From Mesotaenium endlicherianum (taxonomy: Eukaryota), in assembly GCA_009602735.1 (NCBI GenBank), contig WELA01001736.1, positions 153,422-196,674 of the forward strand: a DNA stretch of 43,253 nt, written 5' to 3'. Positions 24,114-36,400 of this stretch are shown in pieces. The notes beneath the pieces were generated by a model. That model saw nothing but the letters and a program-made list of their open reading frames with translations, made no database searches and had not been told where the DNA came from. The translations under genes were made by a program, and so were the position numbers. The first letter of the stretch is position 1. The number at the start of each line of letters is the position of its first letter.

Positions 24114-24114
24114 G

Positions 24115-24126
24115 TGGTATCGGAGC
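24115..24126 (+). promoter_or_regulatory. Primer-binding site (tRNA-iMet type, variant TGGTATCGGAGC)
   Basis: Lies one nt after the LTR end and differs by one base from the canonical plant TGGTATCAGAGC. Confidence 0.85.
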
Positions 24127-24150
24127 TAGGAACTTTGGTAGCACAAGAAG

Positions 24151-25353
24151 ATGGCCGATCCTCAAGACCAACAGCAAACTTTCGAAGGAAGCACTTCATC
24201 TCCAAGAGACCCTCCTCCAGCGTCGACCGGAGAGCACACTCAGAAAATCTGCAACAACAAGAAGCACCACAAGGAGGAGCACCGTCAAATCCTGTGGCAG
24301 TCGCTATAGCAAAGTTGACCCCACCACAAGGAATTCCCGCAAATGAGTGGGCAGCCTTCCTAATGACCGTCCACAACCAAGTGGGCTTGGCCACCTATGA
24401 AGCAACCGTGCAAGCGTCAAGAGAAGCTATGGCTGCCATGGTTGCCCCTATTGCGAGAAACGCTCAAAATCTAGCCCCGGCTCAAGCGCCTTTGCAAGAG
24501 CCTACAAGAGCAAGGAAACTCATCAAGCCCGGCAAACCAGACACTTTCAATTCTGGGAGAGGAGCCAATTTAAATCTGTGGCTCTACCAAGTGGAGACGT
24601 ACCTCACATTCCTTGAAGTACCCGAGGAGGACTACGTCCCTTTTGCCGTTACCTTGCTCAGAGGAGCAGCAACATCATGGTGGCGTAACTATCAAGCGGC
24701 TGTATATCAAGCTGTGGCGCATCCCGTACCCGGCCAAGAGCCCCCACCATCATATGCAAGATGGGTGGATTTTCGTGAAGCCCTTCAGAAGCAATTCATG
24801 CCCATAAATGCGGAGAAAATTGCTCGAGAAAAGCTTTGCCATCTCAAGCAAACAACCTCCGTTCCATAATATACATCCAAATTTCATGACCTCACTCTAG
24901 AGATCCCCAACATGTCGCTCGAGGAGAAGATTGATCTTTATGTGTCTAGCCTCAAGCCCAAGGTGGCAAAAGAAGTGGAATTACGCGACTTGACGGACTT
25001 TTCAACGATTATTGAAATGGCTCAAAAGATGGATACCTTGGATTTCAAGCACTCCGTGCCTTCAAATTCACGGGCACCGGCTACGCGAGTGTACGCAGCC
25101 CCTTCCACATCCAAATCTGGACCCATACCCATGAAGATTGGAGTTATTAGAAGGGACCCCGCGGCTGCCCAGAAGAGTGGAAGACCCTCGAATGACACTT
25201 ATGATGCAAGAAACCAGCAAGGAGTGAAAGCAACTCTCCCCGGCTGAAAAAAAAGCTCTTATGACGGCTGGACTATGCTTTTATTGCAAGGAAAGGGGCC
25301 ATGGTGCACTCTCATGCCCCAAAAAGTTGTCAAAAAACGGACAGCGCCGGTAG
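24151..25353 (+). pseudogene. gag: Gag of B1 (frameshifts and a premature stop)
   Basis: MADPQDQQQ start; retrotransposon gag domain KPDTFNSG...WLYQVETYL...[10 protein letters not shown]; knuckle [14 protein letters not shown]. Stop at 24867-24869 and frameshifts near 24240 and 25230. Confidence 0.85.
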
Positions 25354-26270
25354 ACCAGGAGCCTACCACCCCAAGACCCACTTCACGAGAAGGCAACAAG
25401 ACAAGTGAGGTGGAGACCCCCGTTGAAGACGACGTCCCAGCCCCAATGAGTTTGAGAGGTTACCTTGGAGGAGAGAAGGTCCACATCTTGGTGGATAGCG
25501 GAGCTCAAGGCAACTTCATTGCTGCAGATTTTGCCACCAAGCACGGTATTACTATGCGAACTCTTGACCACGACAAGGAGATTATGATGCCCGATGGATT
25601 CTCCTATACTACCCCTTCCAAGAAGACGTACCCCTTGGCACTCTCTATCAAGTCCTTCAAGGATAGAGTAGTGTTCTCCCCCATGCAATTGGGCAAGTAC
25701 GACGTCATCCTAGGGACGCCTTGGTTGACCAAGCACAACCCCCAAGTTGATTGGAGGACCGGTACTATCAAGATCAAGAATGACATCACTTCAAGAATCT
25801 GTATTTTGCGCGCAATCCAGAATATCCAGACCCAAGACANNNNNNNNNNNNNNNNNNNNNNTGCTCACACTCCCAAGTCCAAACCCAGATTGGCCCTTCC
25901 ACGTCATCACCGATGCGTCTTCCTATGCAATAGGAGCAATCCTGCTCCAAGACCTAGGCAAGGGACTGCAGCCCATTGCCTACGAGTCAAGGAAACTAAA
26001 TCCAGCCCAGCAAAATTATACAACCACGGAGCGAGAGGCGTTGGCGATTGTACATGCCTTGAAGGTTTGGCGCTGCTACATTGAAGGACGCAAGGTGCTG
26101 GTCACTACGGACCACGAGGCGTTGAAGCACCTCCAGACGCGGCCGTATCTCTCAAGGAGACAAGCAAGATGGAGTGGATACTTGCAACAATACAACATCA
26201 CGATTCAGTACCAGCCCGGCAAGACAAACACGGCTGACCCCCTCTCAAGGCTGTTATTACACGCAGTGAT
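25332..26270 (+). pseudogene. pol: Pol fragments of B1: aspartic protease and RNase H (RT missing across the gap)
   Basis: [11 protein letters not shown]...[10 protein letters not shown] protease. After a 22-N gap, RNase H FHVITDASSYAIGAIL...YESRKLNPAQQNYTTTEREALAIVHALKVWRCY. Confidence 0.85.
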
Positions 26271-27875
26271 TGTAGTGATTTGAGTTATTATATGTTAGTT
26301 TGCATATATTTTAATGTTTTCAAATATATTTGGAGTAGTATTGTGTGGATTCAAGTGTGAATAGGTACTCTAGTGACTTGGTTCATGTCCTTTGAACCTT
26401 CTAAGGCATTTTCGAAGTTAGAGGAAAGACCTAGAAGAACTCCANACTTGTGAGGAAGGGGCACGAGCTTCTTTTGGCCTTGATCACGCCAAAAGACATC
26501 AAGAAAGACATCGAGAGTCAAGAAGGCAGCCACGTTCCCGAGGAGATACAAGAAGTCTTGAAGGACAACAAAGAAGTATTCTCCCCGAAATTGCCCAAGG
26601 GCCTACCCCCTAAGAGATTCGTAGACCACAAGATAAAAGATAGAGTTGGAGCCCGGAAGCAAACCCATCTCTCTGCCTACGTTCAAGATGTCATACACGG
26701 AGCTAGACGAAGTCAAGAAGCAAATCAAGGAGCTACTGGAGCATGGCTTCATTCGACCTAGCAAGTCGCCATTTGGAGCCCCGATGCTATTTGTCAAGAA
26801 GAAGGATGGTACCTTGAGGATGTGTGTGGACTATCGCGCCCTCAACAAGATCACCATCAAGAATCGATACCCGCTGCCGCGCATGGATGAGCTCATGGAC
26901 CGGCTGGTTGGAGCCAANNNNNNNNNNNNNNNNNNNNNNNNNNNNNNNNNNNNNNNNNNNNNNNNNNNNNNNNNNNNNNNNNNNNNNNNNNNNNNNNNNN
27001 NNNNNNNNNNNNNNNNNNNNNNNNNNNNNNNNNNNNNNNNNNNNNNNNNNNNNNNNNNNNNNNNNNNNNNNNNNNNNNNNNNNNNNNNNNNNNNNNNNNN
27101 NNNNNNNNNNNNNNNNNNNNNNNNNNNNNNNNNNNNNNNNNNNNNNNNNNNNNNNNNNNNNNNNNNNNNNNNNNNNNNNNNNNNNNNNNNNNNNNNNNNN
27201 NNNNNNNNNNNNNNNNNNNNNNNNNNNNNNNNNNNNNNNNNNNNNNNNNNNNNNNNNNNNNNNNNNNNNNNNNNNNNNNNNNNNNNNNNNNNNNNNNNNN
27301 NNNNNNNNNNNNNNNNNNNNNNNNNNNNNNNNNNNNNNNNNNNNNNNNNNNNNNNNNNNNNNNNNNNNNNNNNNNNNNNNNNNNNNNNNNNNNNNNNNNN
27401 NNNNNNNNNNNNNNNNNNNNNNNNNNNNNNNNNNNNNNNNNNNNNNNNNNNNNNNNNNNNNNNNNNNNNNNNNNNNNNNNNNNNNNNNNNNNNNNNNNNN
27501 NNNNNNNNNNNNNNNNNNNNNNNNNNNNNNNNNNNNNNNNNNNNNNNNNNNNNNNNNNNNNNNNNNNNNNNNNNNNNNNNNNNNNNNNNNNNNNNNNNNN
27601 NNNNNNNNNNNNNNNNNNNNNNNNNNNNNNNNNNNNNNNNNNNNNNNNNNNNNNNNNNNNNNNNNNNNNNNNNNNNNNNNNNNNNNNNNNNNNNNNNNNN
27701 NNNNNNNNNNNNNNNNNNNNNNNNNNNNNNNNNNNNNNNNNNNNNNNNNNNNNNNNNNNNNNNNNNNNNNNNNNNNNNNNNNNNNNNNNNNNNNNNNNNN
27801 NNNNNNNNNNNNNNNNNNNNNNNNNNNNNNNNNNNNNNNNNNNNNNNNNNNNNNNNNNNNNNNNNNNNNNNNNNN

Positions 27876-28607
27876 GAAGAGGACTACGTTCCCTTTGCTG
27901 TTACCTTACTTAGAGGAGCAGCAACATCACGGTGGCGTAACTATCAAGCGGCTATATATCAAGCTATGGCGCACCCCATGCTCGGCCAAGAGCCCCCACC
28001 ATCATATGCAAGATGGGCAGATTTTCGTGAGGCCCTCAAGAAGCAATTCATGCCCATCAATGCGGAGAAGATTGCCCGAGGAAAGCTCCACCATCTCAAG
28101 CAAACGACGTCCGTTCAAGAGTATACATCCAGATTTCACGCCCTCACTCTTGAGATCCCCAACATGTCTCTCGAGGAGAAGATTGACCGTTACATCTTTG
28201 GCCTCAAACCCAAGGTGGCAAAGGAAGTGGAGTTACGCGACTTGACGGACTTCTCAAAGATCATTGAAGTGGCCCAAAAGGTGGATACCTTGGATTTCAA
28301 GCACTCCGTGCCTTCATCTTCACGGGTACCGACGACGCGGGTGTACGCAGCCCCTTCCACATCCGAATCTGGACCCACACCCATGGAAATCGGAGTTATT
28401 AAAAGGGACCCCGCGGCTGCCCGGAAGAGTGGAAGACCCTCCAATGACACTTATGATGCAAGAAACCAGCAAGGAGTGAAAGCAAGACTCTCCCCGGCTG
28501 AAAAAGAAGCTCTCATGACGGCTGGACTATGCTTCTATTGCAAGGAAAAGGGCCATCGTGCACTTTCATGCCCCAAAAAGTTGTCAAAAAACGGACAGCG
28601 CCGGTAG
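27876..28607 (+). CDS. gag: Gag C-terminal part (family B), open frame with zinc knuckle
   Basis: Open from the gap to TAG at 28605-28607; [46 protein letters not shown]. Confidence 0.85.
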   Translation, partial: EEDYVPFAVTLLRGAATSRWRNYQAAIYQAMAHPMLGQEPPPSYARWADFREALKKQFMPINAEKIARGKLHHLKQTTSVQEYTSRFHALTLEIPNMSLEEKIDRYIFGLKPKVAKEVELRDLTDFSKIIEVAQKVDTLDFKHSVPSSSRVPTTRVYAAPSTSESGPTPMEIGVIKRDPAAARKSGRPSNDTYDARNQQGVKARLSPAEKEALMTAGLCFYCKEKGHRALSCPKKLSKNGQRR

Positions 28608-30209
28608 GCCAGGAGCCTACCACCCCAAGACCCACTTCACGAGAAGGCAACACGCCAAGTGAGGTGGAGACCCCCGTTGAAGACGACGTTCCAGCCCCAA
28701 TGAGTTTGAGAGGTTACCTTGGAGGAGAGAAGGTCCACATCTTGGTGGATAGCGGAGCTCAAGGCAACTTCATTGCTGCAGATTTTGCCACCAAGCACGG
28801 TATTACTATGCGAACTCTTGACCACGACGAGGAGATTATGATGCCCGATGGATTCTCCTATACTACCCCTTCCAAGAAGACGTACCCCTTGGCACTCTCT
28901 ATCAAGTCCTTCAAGGATAGAGTAGTGTTCTCCCCCATGCAATTGGGCAAGTACGACGTCATCCTAGGGACGCCTTGGTTGACCAAGCACAACCCCCAAG
29001 TTGATTGGAGGACCGGTACTATCAAGATCAAGAATGACATCACTTCAAGAATCTGTATTTTGCGCGCAATCCAGAATATCCAGACCCAAGACATCCAGAA
29101 GCCGGCACACGAGATACTATTGTCCGCCCTCCAACTCAAGAGACTTGTGAGGAAGGGACACGAGCTTCTTTTGGCCTTGATCACGCCAAAAGACATCAAG
29201 AAAGACATCGAGAGTCAAGAAGGCAGCCCCGTTCCCAAGGAGATACAAGAAGTCTTTGAGGACTACAAAGAAGTGTTCTCCCCGGAATTGCCCAAGGGCC
29301 TACCCCCCAAAAGATTCGTAGACCACAAGATAGAGTTGGAGCCCGGAAGCAAGCCCATCTCTCGGCCTACGTTCAAAATGTCATACACGGAGCTAGACGA
29401 AGTCAAGAAGCAAATCAAGGAGCTACTGGAGCATGGCTTCATTCGACCTAGCAAGTCGCCATTTGGAGCCCCGGTGCTATTTGTCAAGAAGAAAGATGGT
29501 ACCTTGAGGATGTGTGTGGACTATCGCGCCCTCAACAAGATCACCATCAAGAATCGATACCCGCTGCCGCGCATGGATGAGCTCATGGACCGGCTGGTTG
29601 GAGCCAAGTACTTCACGAAGATTGACTTACGGAGCGGCTACCACCAGATTCGCATCGCAGAACCGGACATAGAGAAGACGGCATTCAGGACAAGATATGG
29701 ACATTTTGAGTTCATGGTCCTGCCATTTGGACTCACCAACGCGCCAGCAACTTTCATGACTATGATGAACACCATATTTCAGCCCATGTTGGACAGATTT
29801 GTGGTGGTATTCATCGATGACATCCTTATCTACAGCAAGACCCTTGAAGAGCATGCGAGACACTTGAAAGAAGTCCTCGAAGTATTGAAGCAAAACAAGC
29901 TGTTTGCGAAGGAGTCAAAATGCGAGTTTGCCAAACAAGAAGTGGAGTTCCTAGGTCTCCACGTGACTGCTGATGGCATCAAGATAGACCCCAAGAAGAC
30001 CACGGTGGTGGAGGAATGGCCAACCCCCACGACCAAGAAAGAACTCCAGTCATTCTTGGGATTTGCCAATTGGTACAGAAAATTCATCCAAGGCTTCTCG
30101 CACATAGCAGCCCCCCTTACAGATCTACTCAAGAAGGACAGGCTATATACATGGACCAAGAAAGAGGAAGAGGCATTTCAAGAGTTAAAGCGAAGATTGA
30201 CCACATCCC
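28586..30209 (+). CDS. pol: Pol (protease plus reverse transcriptase) of family B, in the -1 frame relative to gag
   Basis: Uninterrupted frame containing [47 protein letters not shown] and [13 protein letters not shown]; ends at a single-N contig join. Confidence 0.92.
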
Positions 30210-31521
30210 NGAGGAGTGGCCAACCCCCACGACCAAGAAGGAACTCCAATCATTCTTGGGATTTGCCAAATGGTACAGAAAATTCATCCAGAGCTTCCCA
30301 CACATAGCAGCCCCCCTCACGGCTCTTCTTAAGAAGGACTACAAAGAAGTGTTCTCCCCGAAATTGCCCAAGGGCCTACCCCCCAAAATATTCGTAGAGC
30401 ACAAGATAAAAGATAGAGTTGGAGCCCGGAAGCAAGCCCATCTCTCGACCTACGTTCAAAATGTCATACACGGAGCTAGACGAAGTCAAGAAGCAAATCA
30501 AGGAGCTACTGGAGCATGGCTTCATTCGACCTAGCAAGTCGCCATTTGGAGCCCCGGTGCTATTTGTCAAGAAGAAAGATGGTACCTTGAGGATGTGTGT
30601 GGACTATCGCGCCCTCAACAAGNCGCCGCCAACTCCCACCTTGGACCAGCCCCAAGTCTCTCTACTAGAAGCCCGAAGACTTCAGGGAGGCAGCCTGCCA
30701 CCATCAAGAAGCAGCAGAAGACCCCTTGGAGGCAGCCTGCAAGAACAAGAAAGAGGAAAAATTGACATTAGACACTCTTCTCTTCTCGCAGTTTCTGGAC
30801 AGAAAACTAAAACTGCTACTGGTNATCTGCTACTAGTGATAGGTGTGTGCATTTTAAATTCTGAAAATTTACCTGGCTGTAGTCCATGAGTAGCCGATCA
30901 TTTAGAGTCCAAGTTTGCTCAATTTGGAGCACTGGTGAGAGAGATATGATGCTCTAAGTAGAAGGGGGTCAAGCTGCTGGCATTGTTAGGGCAGAATATG
31001 CCTTCTGACATTGTGCCCTCCCCTGAACTTGGAATGCTCTGAAACTCAAGACTCTGGTAGAACATCTTACAGCGCCTAGTTTGAGACTTAGTTTGCAGAA
31101 TTTGGAGAAGCATAGAAGGACTTATGGTTCTCAGAAGTTTCTGCACAGATTTGGAGGAGTGCCTACTCTCTCAGCTCTCAACGACACTCCAAAAACTAGA
31201 ATGCTCTCAAATTTGGTGACCCGGTAGAGTTCTCCGACGCGGTCCGTCTAACAGCCAAATTTTTAGATTTAGAGCAGTTCTGTGGCCACTATGAATTTTT
31301 GAATTTGTGGCAGATTCTGGGCCAACTTGTACAATTTTCTTTATCATTAAGGAGTAGGCTAGCCAATAAGGTCACACCACCTACGACCTTGCCTAGTCTA
31401 CCTTACATGTGTGGCACCTGACTTGGCNGGCATCTGACTTGAAACTTTTGACTAGTTTGCTCCACATGCGTAAGACCTGACTTGACGCGCCGAGACGTCG
31501 CTTTTCCTATCGGGGGGGTGA

Positions 31522-32050
31522 TGTAGTGATTTGAGTTATTATAGATTAGTTTGCATATATTTTAATGTTTTCAAATATATTTGGAGTAGTATTGTGTGGA
31601 NNNNNNNNNNNNNNNNTTCAAGTGTGAATAGGTNACTCTAGTGACTTGGTTCATGTCCTTTGAACCTTCAAGGCATTTTTGAAGTTAGAGGAAAGACCTA
31701 GAAGAACTCCACGTGGCAAAAGTCAAATGTGCCATTTTTAGGTCAAAAGGACATGTGTACATTATTCTAGAAAGAGGTGGCAAGTTTTGGGATGTGTTGG
31801 GTGCCAACACATCAACATACACCTTCCTAGAAATTACTTATTTAGCAAGTATATAAACANCATATAAACAAGAGATAGAACATAGAAAGACATTCGAGAA
31901 TCACTCTTGTACTTGCCAAAATCCAGAAATATATTAACTTTCAAGAAGCCATCTCTCTTTCAAGAAGCTACCATTTGTGTTCAAAGATCCTTGTCTTGAA
32001 TAGATAAAGTATTATATTTCACTAAGTACTTCATCTATCTGTTTACTACA
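31522..32050 (+). repeat. 3' LTR of B2
   Basis: Preceded by a polypurine tract, colinear with 23611-24113, TG...CA termini, followed by the TSD. Confidence 0.9.
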
Positions 32051-32055
32051 GTGAT

Positions 32056-33246
32056 GATATTCCTGAAGACAGATCTGGAAGCTCAATTTTCATCCGCCTA
32101 TGAAAGAGACCCTTACTACAAGAACGGAGAAGCAGCCTTGGACCCATACAAGAAGCAAGAAAGCAATTATTGGGTGAGCCAAGACACGGGCCAGAAATGT
32201 GTTCCTAATGACTTAGACCTCCGGCTCTTGCTTCTACGAGAAGCACACGACAACTTTCTTGGAGGACACTTAGGAATCCTAAAGACCACGGGCGTTCTAG
32301 CCAGGATTGTTGCTGGCCAGGCATGTCTAGCAAGTCAAGGAGTACTGCAAGAGCTGTGACACATGCCAAAGAATCAAGCCATCATCACATAAGGCGAGAG
32401 GACTCCTCCAATCACTATCGATCCCCGAAAGACAATGGACGGACATCTTAATGGACCTTATCGTGGACCTGCCCGTGACACCTCGAGGCCATAATGCAAT
32501 ACTCAAGGTGGTGGACAGACTTACCGAGATGGCTCATTTTATTCCCACGACAACTAAGGCTACAGCACCACAACTTGCAAGACTCATCTTTGACAACATC
32601 TTCCGACTCCATGGACTACCATCAAGAATTGTGTTGAACAGAGATCCAAGATTCACAAGCCATTTCTGGAAAAATCTCTTCAAGAACTTGGGTACATCGC
32701 TGGATATGTCCACTGCCTACCACTCGCAATCAGATGGGCAAACCGAGCGTATGAATCGTACCATAAAGACCTCTCTAAAGGCCTACGTGTCTACTCTGGA
32801 GCAAGACTAGGATATGTACTTGACCCCCCTGGAGTTCGCCTACAACAACACGACTCAGGCCTCTACCCAAGAGTCCCCATTCTTCCTCAACTATGGCTTC
32901 CATCCGACCCCGCCGCTGAGATTCACGGCTGGCCATGGTGAAGTACCTACAGCAACAAATTTTATGGAGACGTTAGAAGCAGCCCTTACAGCAGCGAGAA
33001 AGCTCTACAACAGGCGCAAGATGCTCAAGCAAGAGCGCAAACAGGTCCAGAAGAGAAATTACGTACAGAGTGGGTGACAACGTGTTACTATCCAAAAATA
33101 TTTCTCTAAACAACACGCCTGCCGGCAGCAAGTTCCCTCCTAAGTATTTGGGACCCTTCAAGATCATCCAGCAAGTCAACCCCGTTGCTTTCAAGCTAGA
33201 ACTTCTCCTGACTATGCACATCGATCCCGTATTCCACGCTTACTAA
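32056..33246 (+). pseudogene. pol: Integrase of B1 (frameshifted, truncated after the GPF motif)
   Basis: HHCC motif (HDNFLGGH...CKSCDTC), catalytic core MDLIVDLP / RDPRF / DGQTER, then EFAYNN and KYLGPFKI. Continues the RNase H frame across the TSD (SRLLLHAV-MIFLKTDLE). Confidence 0.88.
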
Positions 33247-33549
33247 GAGAGATCTGAATCCAAGGCGCGAAGCTATTGATATGCACTGTCTCCTAGCCAT
33301 GCTTATGTGTGAGTTTACTGATTGCATTATTGATGCTAATTTACTTCCATTTTATTGTCCACTGCTAGTGTATTTTCCTTTTCTGTTTAATGAATTGACA
33401 GAAAAAAAGATTACCTGCTGATGTAAAGATCTTCATTAATTGTTAACTCGCCTTTTTAATAAGTCAATTCATTTCAGTGATATCGGAGCAGTTATCACAG
33501 TCTTCTTTGTATGGTAAGGACAAGGTCTCAAACTAGCAACTCCCGAGAC

Positions 33550-34981
33550 ATGGAGAACTAGGATAACAAGAATGTCGAGAATCAGGCTGAAAGCCATGTA
33601 GCGGGAACCCGTACCTATTCCAAAGCAGTGGCAGATACTGCAGCAAGAGAGGCTGCAGATGAGGCAGCTGCTATTGCAGCAGTCGCAGCACAGCAAGCTA
33701 AGGAGGAGAGAGCCAGATTACAAGCTGAGCGATTAGCAAAAGCCGCTGAAGGTCCAGAAAGGAGGGAAGGACAGCCAACGAACGAGCGCACTGTCGAAGA
33801 ACTAATGGCATCAAGGGCCAATGTTCTGAACCCACCTCCTGCTGTACAACTCAATGTGCCCCTAGGTCAAATTTGTGACCAAATGAATGCGATAGGAATT
33901 GCTGCTGCAGGAGCAAGAGGGACTGTTGAGGACACTACTCAGCGAGTGGATGCCACTGCTACTGCTGCATTTGCTAGACTCCCACCTCAGAGTGTGGATT
34001 TGAGAGCATTGTTTGTGCAAATGCAACCGCAAATGGCGAGCATGTACCAGTCTCAACAGGATGACAAAAGAATCATAATGTCTCTACTGCGAGACCGCGA
34101 CCAACTGGGTTCTCAAACCACGGGTGGTGGTGGCAGAGGACCTAGTAAGCCCAAGCCAAAACCTCCCCAGGATTATGATCCTGAGGGTAACAAAAAATAT
34201 TACCTGATCAGGTTTCTCGCTGATGTTGAGCAGCGGCTGGAGAACTACCCAGAACTGCAAGATCTCGAGAAGGTCAGGCACACTGGTGCTCTACTGAAAG
34301 GCAGTGCAGCAGACTGGTGGCCGTAATAGAAAGGAGAGCATAAGGCTCAACAACTCGGTGACCCTACTTGGGTAGAGTTTGTCGAGAAACTGCATGAGAA
34401 ATTTGATGTGATCAACCAGCAGTAGAAAGCTATCTATGCAATGATCTCCTTAACACTGAAGCAGACCACTTCAGTTGCTGAGTTTGCTCCAGGAGAACAT
34501 GATGAAGCAGCCAGACTTGCCAGAGCGGTATAGGATAGCATACTTTAGGTATGGCTTGAAATCCGAAGTCTCTGGTCATTTTGCTGAAAAGAAGTATGAG
34601 AAACTGGCTGACTTGATCCACGATGCTGATGCCTGGGATCAACAACAGTTCAATCACAAGCGCCCGAGTAATGCTTTGGTGTCTAAGGTTGTCAAAAAGC
34701 CCCACGGTTCCTACAATGCAATTGGAGGAGACCAAGCTGAGGATGATCACGCTGATGAATATGAGTATGAGTACAATGCTATGCAGTCTAGAGGAAGAGG
34801 TGGTTTTTCTCGAGGCGGCTATGGAAGAGGTGGTGGTAGGACTAAGCCGAGACCAGCCTCAGCAAAATCTGTTTGCTTCCATTGCCAGCAAGCGGGTCAC
34901 TTCAGAGAGCAGTGTCCAGATAAGCACCTCCCAAAGGTCGAGAGGAAAGACCAGCTTTTAAAGGACAGCAACAGTCAGTAA
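33550..34981 (+). pseudogene. gag: Gag of element D
   Basis: ATG at 33550 with in-frame stops (33559, 34324) and a frameshift; KPKPPQDYD, LLKGSAADWW, RGG-rich stretch and knuckle CFHCQQAGHFREQC. Confidence 0.85.
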
Positions 34982-36400
34982 TCCAGTCTATTGACTATAA
35001 GGATGCTAGAGATAGTGAGTCGTCACTAGCTACCCTCGTAGCAAGTAATATGGGTCCCGCTGAACTGGATTCACTATGCATGCCTGTCAACCAGATAAAG
35101 GAGACCATCAGCAATATAGATCTCCGGAGAGTGCACACTCTGGATGATCTTGTTCCACCTGATGTCCAACATTTCTTTGCTAAGTCAGGGAAACAATGCG
35201 CAAGTCAGGAAAAGAGAGTCCCTCCTATCCTACTGAATTGCATGATTGCAGGTGGGAAGGTGAGGGCATTTTGTTGACGGAGGGGCGTCACATACTTTCA
35301 TCCATAAGAGCTTAGTTAAGCGGCAAAGGCTGCCTACTGTCACCCAAGGGAATAGAAAAATATTTCTTGGAGATGCCTCAAGTATCTCGGGAGGAATTAT
35401 GACCAAGCCTATTGAGGTCCAGTTAGGTTCTGGCATTGCAGTTCTAACTGAAACGCTTACATTTGAGGTACTCAACACTGGCTTCTACGATCTCGTGCTA
35501 GGCAGGTCCTGGCTTAATAGACATCAAGCTAAAGTGTGTTGGAGCAGAGGTACAGTTAAAGTGAGAGGAGCCAGTGATGGGCTGACTAACTTGGCACCCA
35601 CCAGTGCTCTTCCTCTTGTCCTGTATGGATGGCAAATGAAGGAAAAGAAGAGACTTCCAGGAGGATGCAAATTGTTGAATGCAATGGAGTTCATCGACAG
35701 CTGGAACCAGAAGGAAGACAGAATGTTCTGTCTGCTGCTAAGAGAGGTACCTCCTCAACCTGAAAAAGTGGTTGAGAAAAACGTAAGCCCTCCGGAGCAC
35801 CCTACTGCTGCAAAAACTGTTGCTCAGTACACTGATGTTTTCAATATGCCTCCAAGACTACCTCCTAAGAGGGAAGTGGATCACAAGATTGACTTATTAC
35901 CTGGGAGTCAGCCACCCTGGAAACGCACTTATGGCTTGTCTTATGTGGAGAGCGAAGAGTTGAAAACACAGATTGCGAAGCTTGAGGAAAATGGTTACAT
36001 TTCCCCCAGTATACCACCTTATGGCGCACCCATCCTCTTTGTCGAGAAAAAGGATGGGAGTATGCGGATGTGTGTTGATTACAGAGCTCTTAACAAAATT
36101 ACAGTAAAGAACAAGTATGCTTTATCCAGAATCGAGGACTTGCTTGATACCCTGTCTGGTGCTAAAGTGTTCAGTAAGATAGATCTCGAGAGTGGTTATC
36201 ATCAAATCAGAATTGCTGAGGGGGATGAACATAATACTGCCTTTCGCACACGTTATGGACATTATGAGTTCAACGTGATGCCCTTCGGACTGACTAATGC
36301 TCTTGCAACCTTCATGGGTGCCATGAATGACATTCTCAGACCTTACCTAGATAAGTTTGTGCAAGTCTTCTTGGATAATATTTTGATTTTCTCTAAGGAT
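34957..36400 (+). pseudogene. pol: Protease and RT of element D
   Basis: Protease [10 protein letters not shown] (frameshift at about 35272) and [41 protein letters not shown]. The catalytic xxDD is mutated to FLDN. Confidence 0.88.

Larger units (their letters stand above)
26271..32050 (+). mobile_element. Ty3/gypsy retrotransposon B2 nested in the pol of B1; interior scrambled by the assembly
   Basis: 5' LTR fragment 26271-26444, 3' LTR 31522-32050 ending TACTACA, polypurine tract GGGGGGGTGA at 31512-31521, and target-site duplication GTGAT at 26266-26270 and 32051-32055. Confidence 0.88.
23611..33246 (+). mobile_element. Ty3/gypsy (chromovirus-like RT) retrotransposon B1, degenerate, host of nested B2; 3' LTR absent
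   Basis: 5' LTR, PBS, gag 24151-25353, protease, RNase H (VITDAS...EREAL...TDH...ADPLSR, 25862-26270), then B2, then integrase 32056-33246. The order PR-RT-RH-IN is the Ty3/gypsy order. Confidence 0.9.
33247..36400 (+). mobile_element. Ty3/gypsy retrotransposon D (partial 5' LTR, PBS, degenerate gag-pol truncated in RT)
   Basis: LTR end ...ATTCATTTCA at 33476, PBS TGATATCGGAGC at 33478-33489, then gag and pol. RT is cut at 36400 by element E. The left boundary is approximate. Confidence 0.85.

Noticed and set aside
30624..31521. Possible env-like or extra ORF / chromodomain in the B2 3' region
   Set aside because: Only a short basic peptide ending RTRKRKN-stop (probably the pol C-terminus) and non-coding sequence; no chromodomain is visible in the assembled part.
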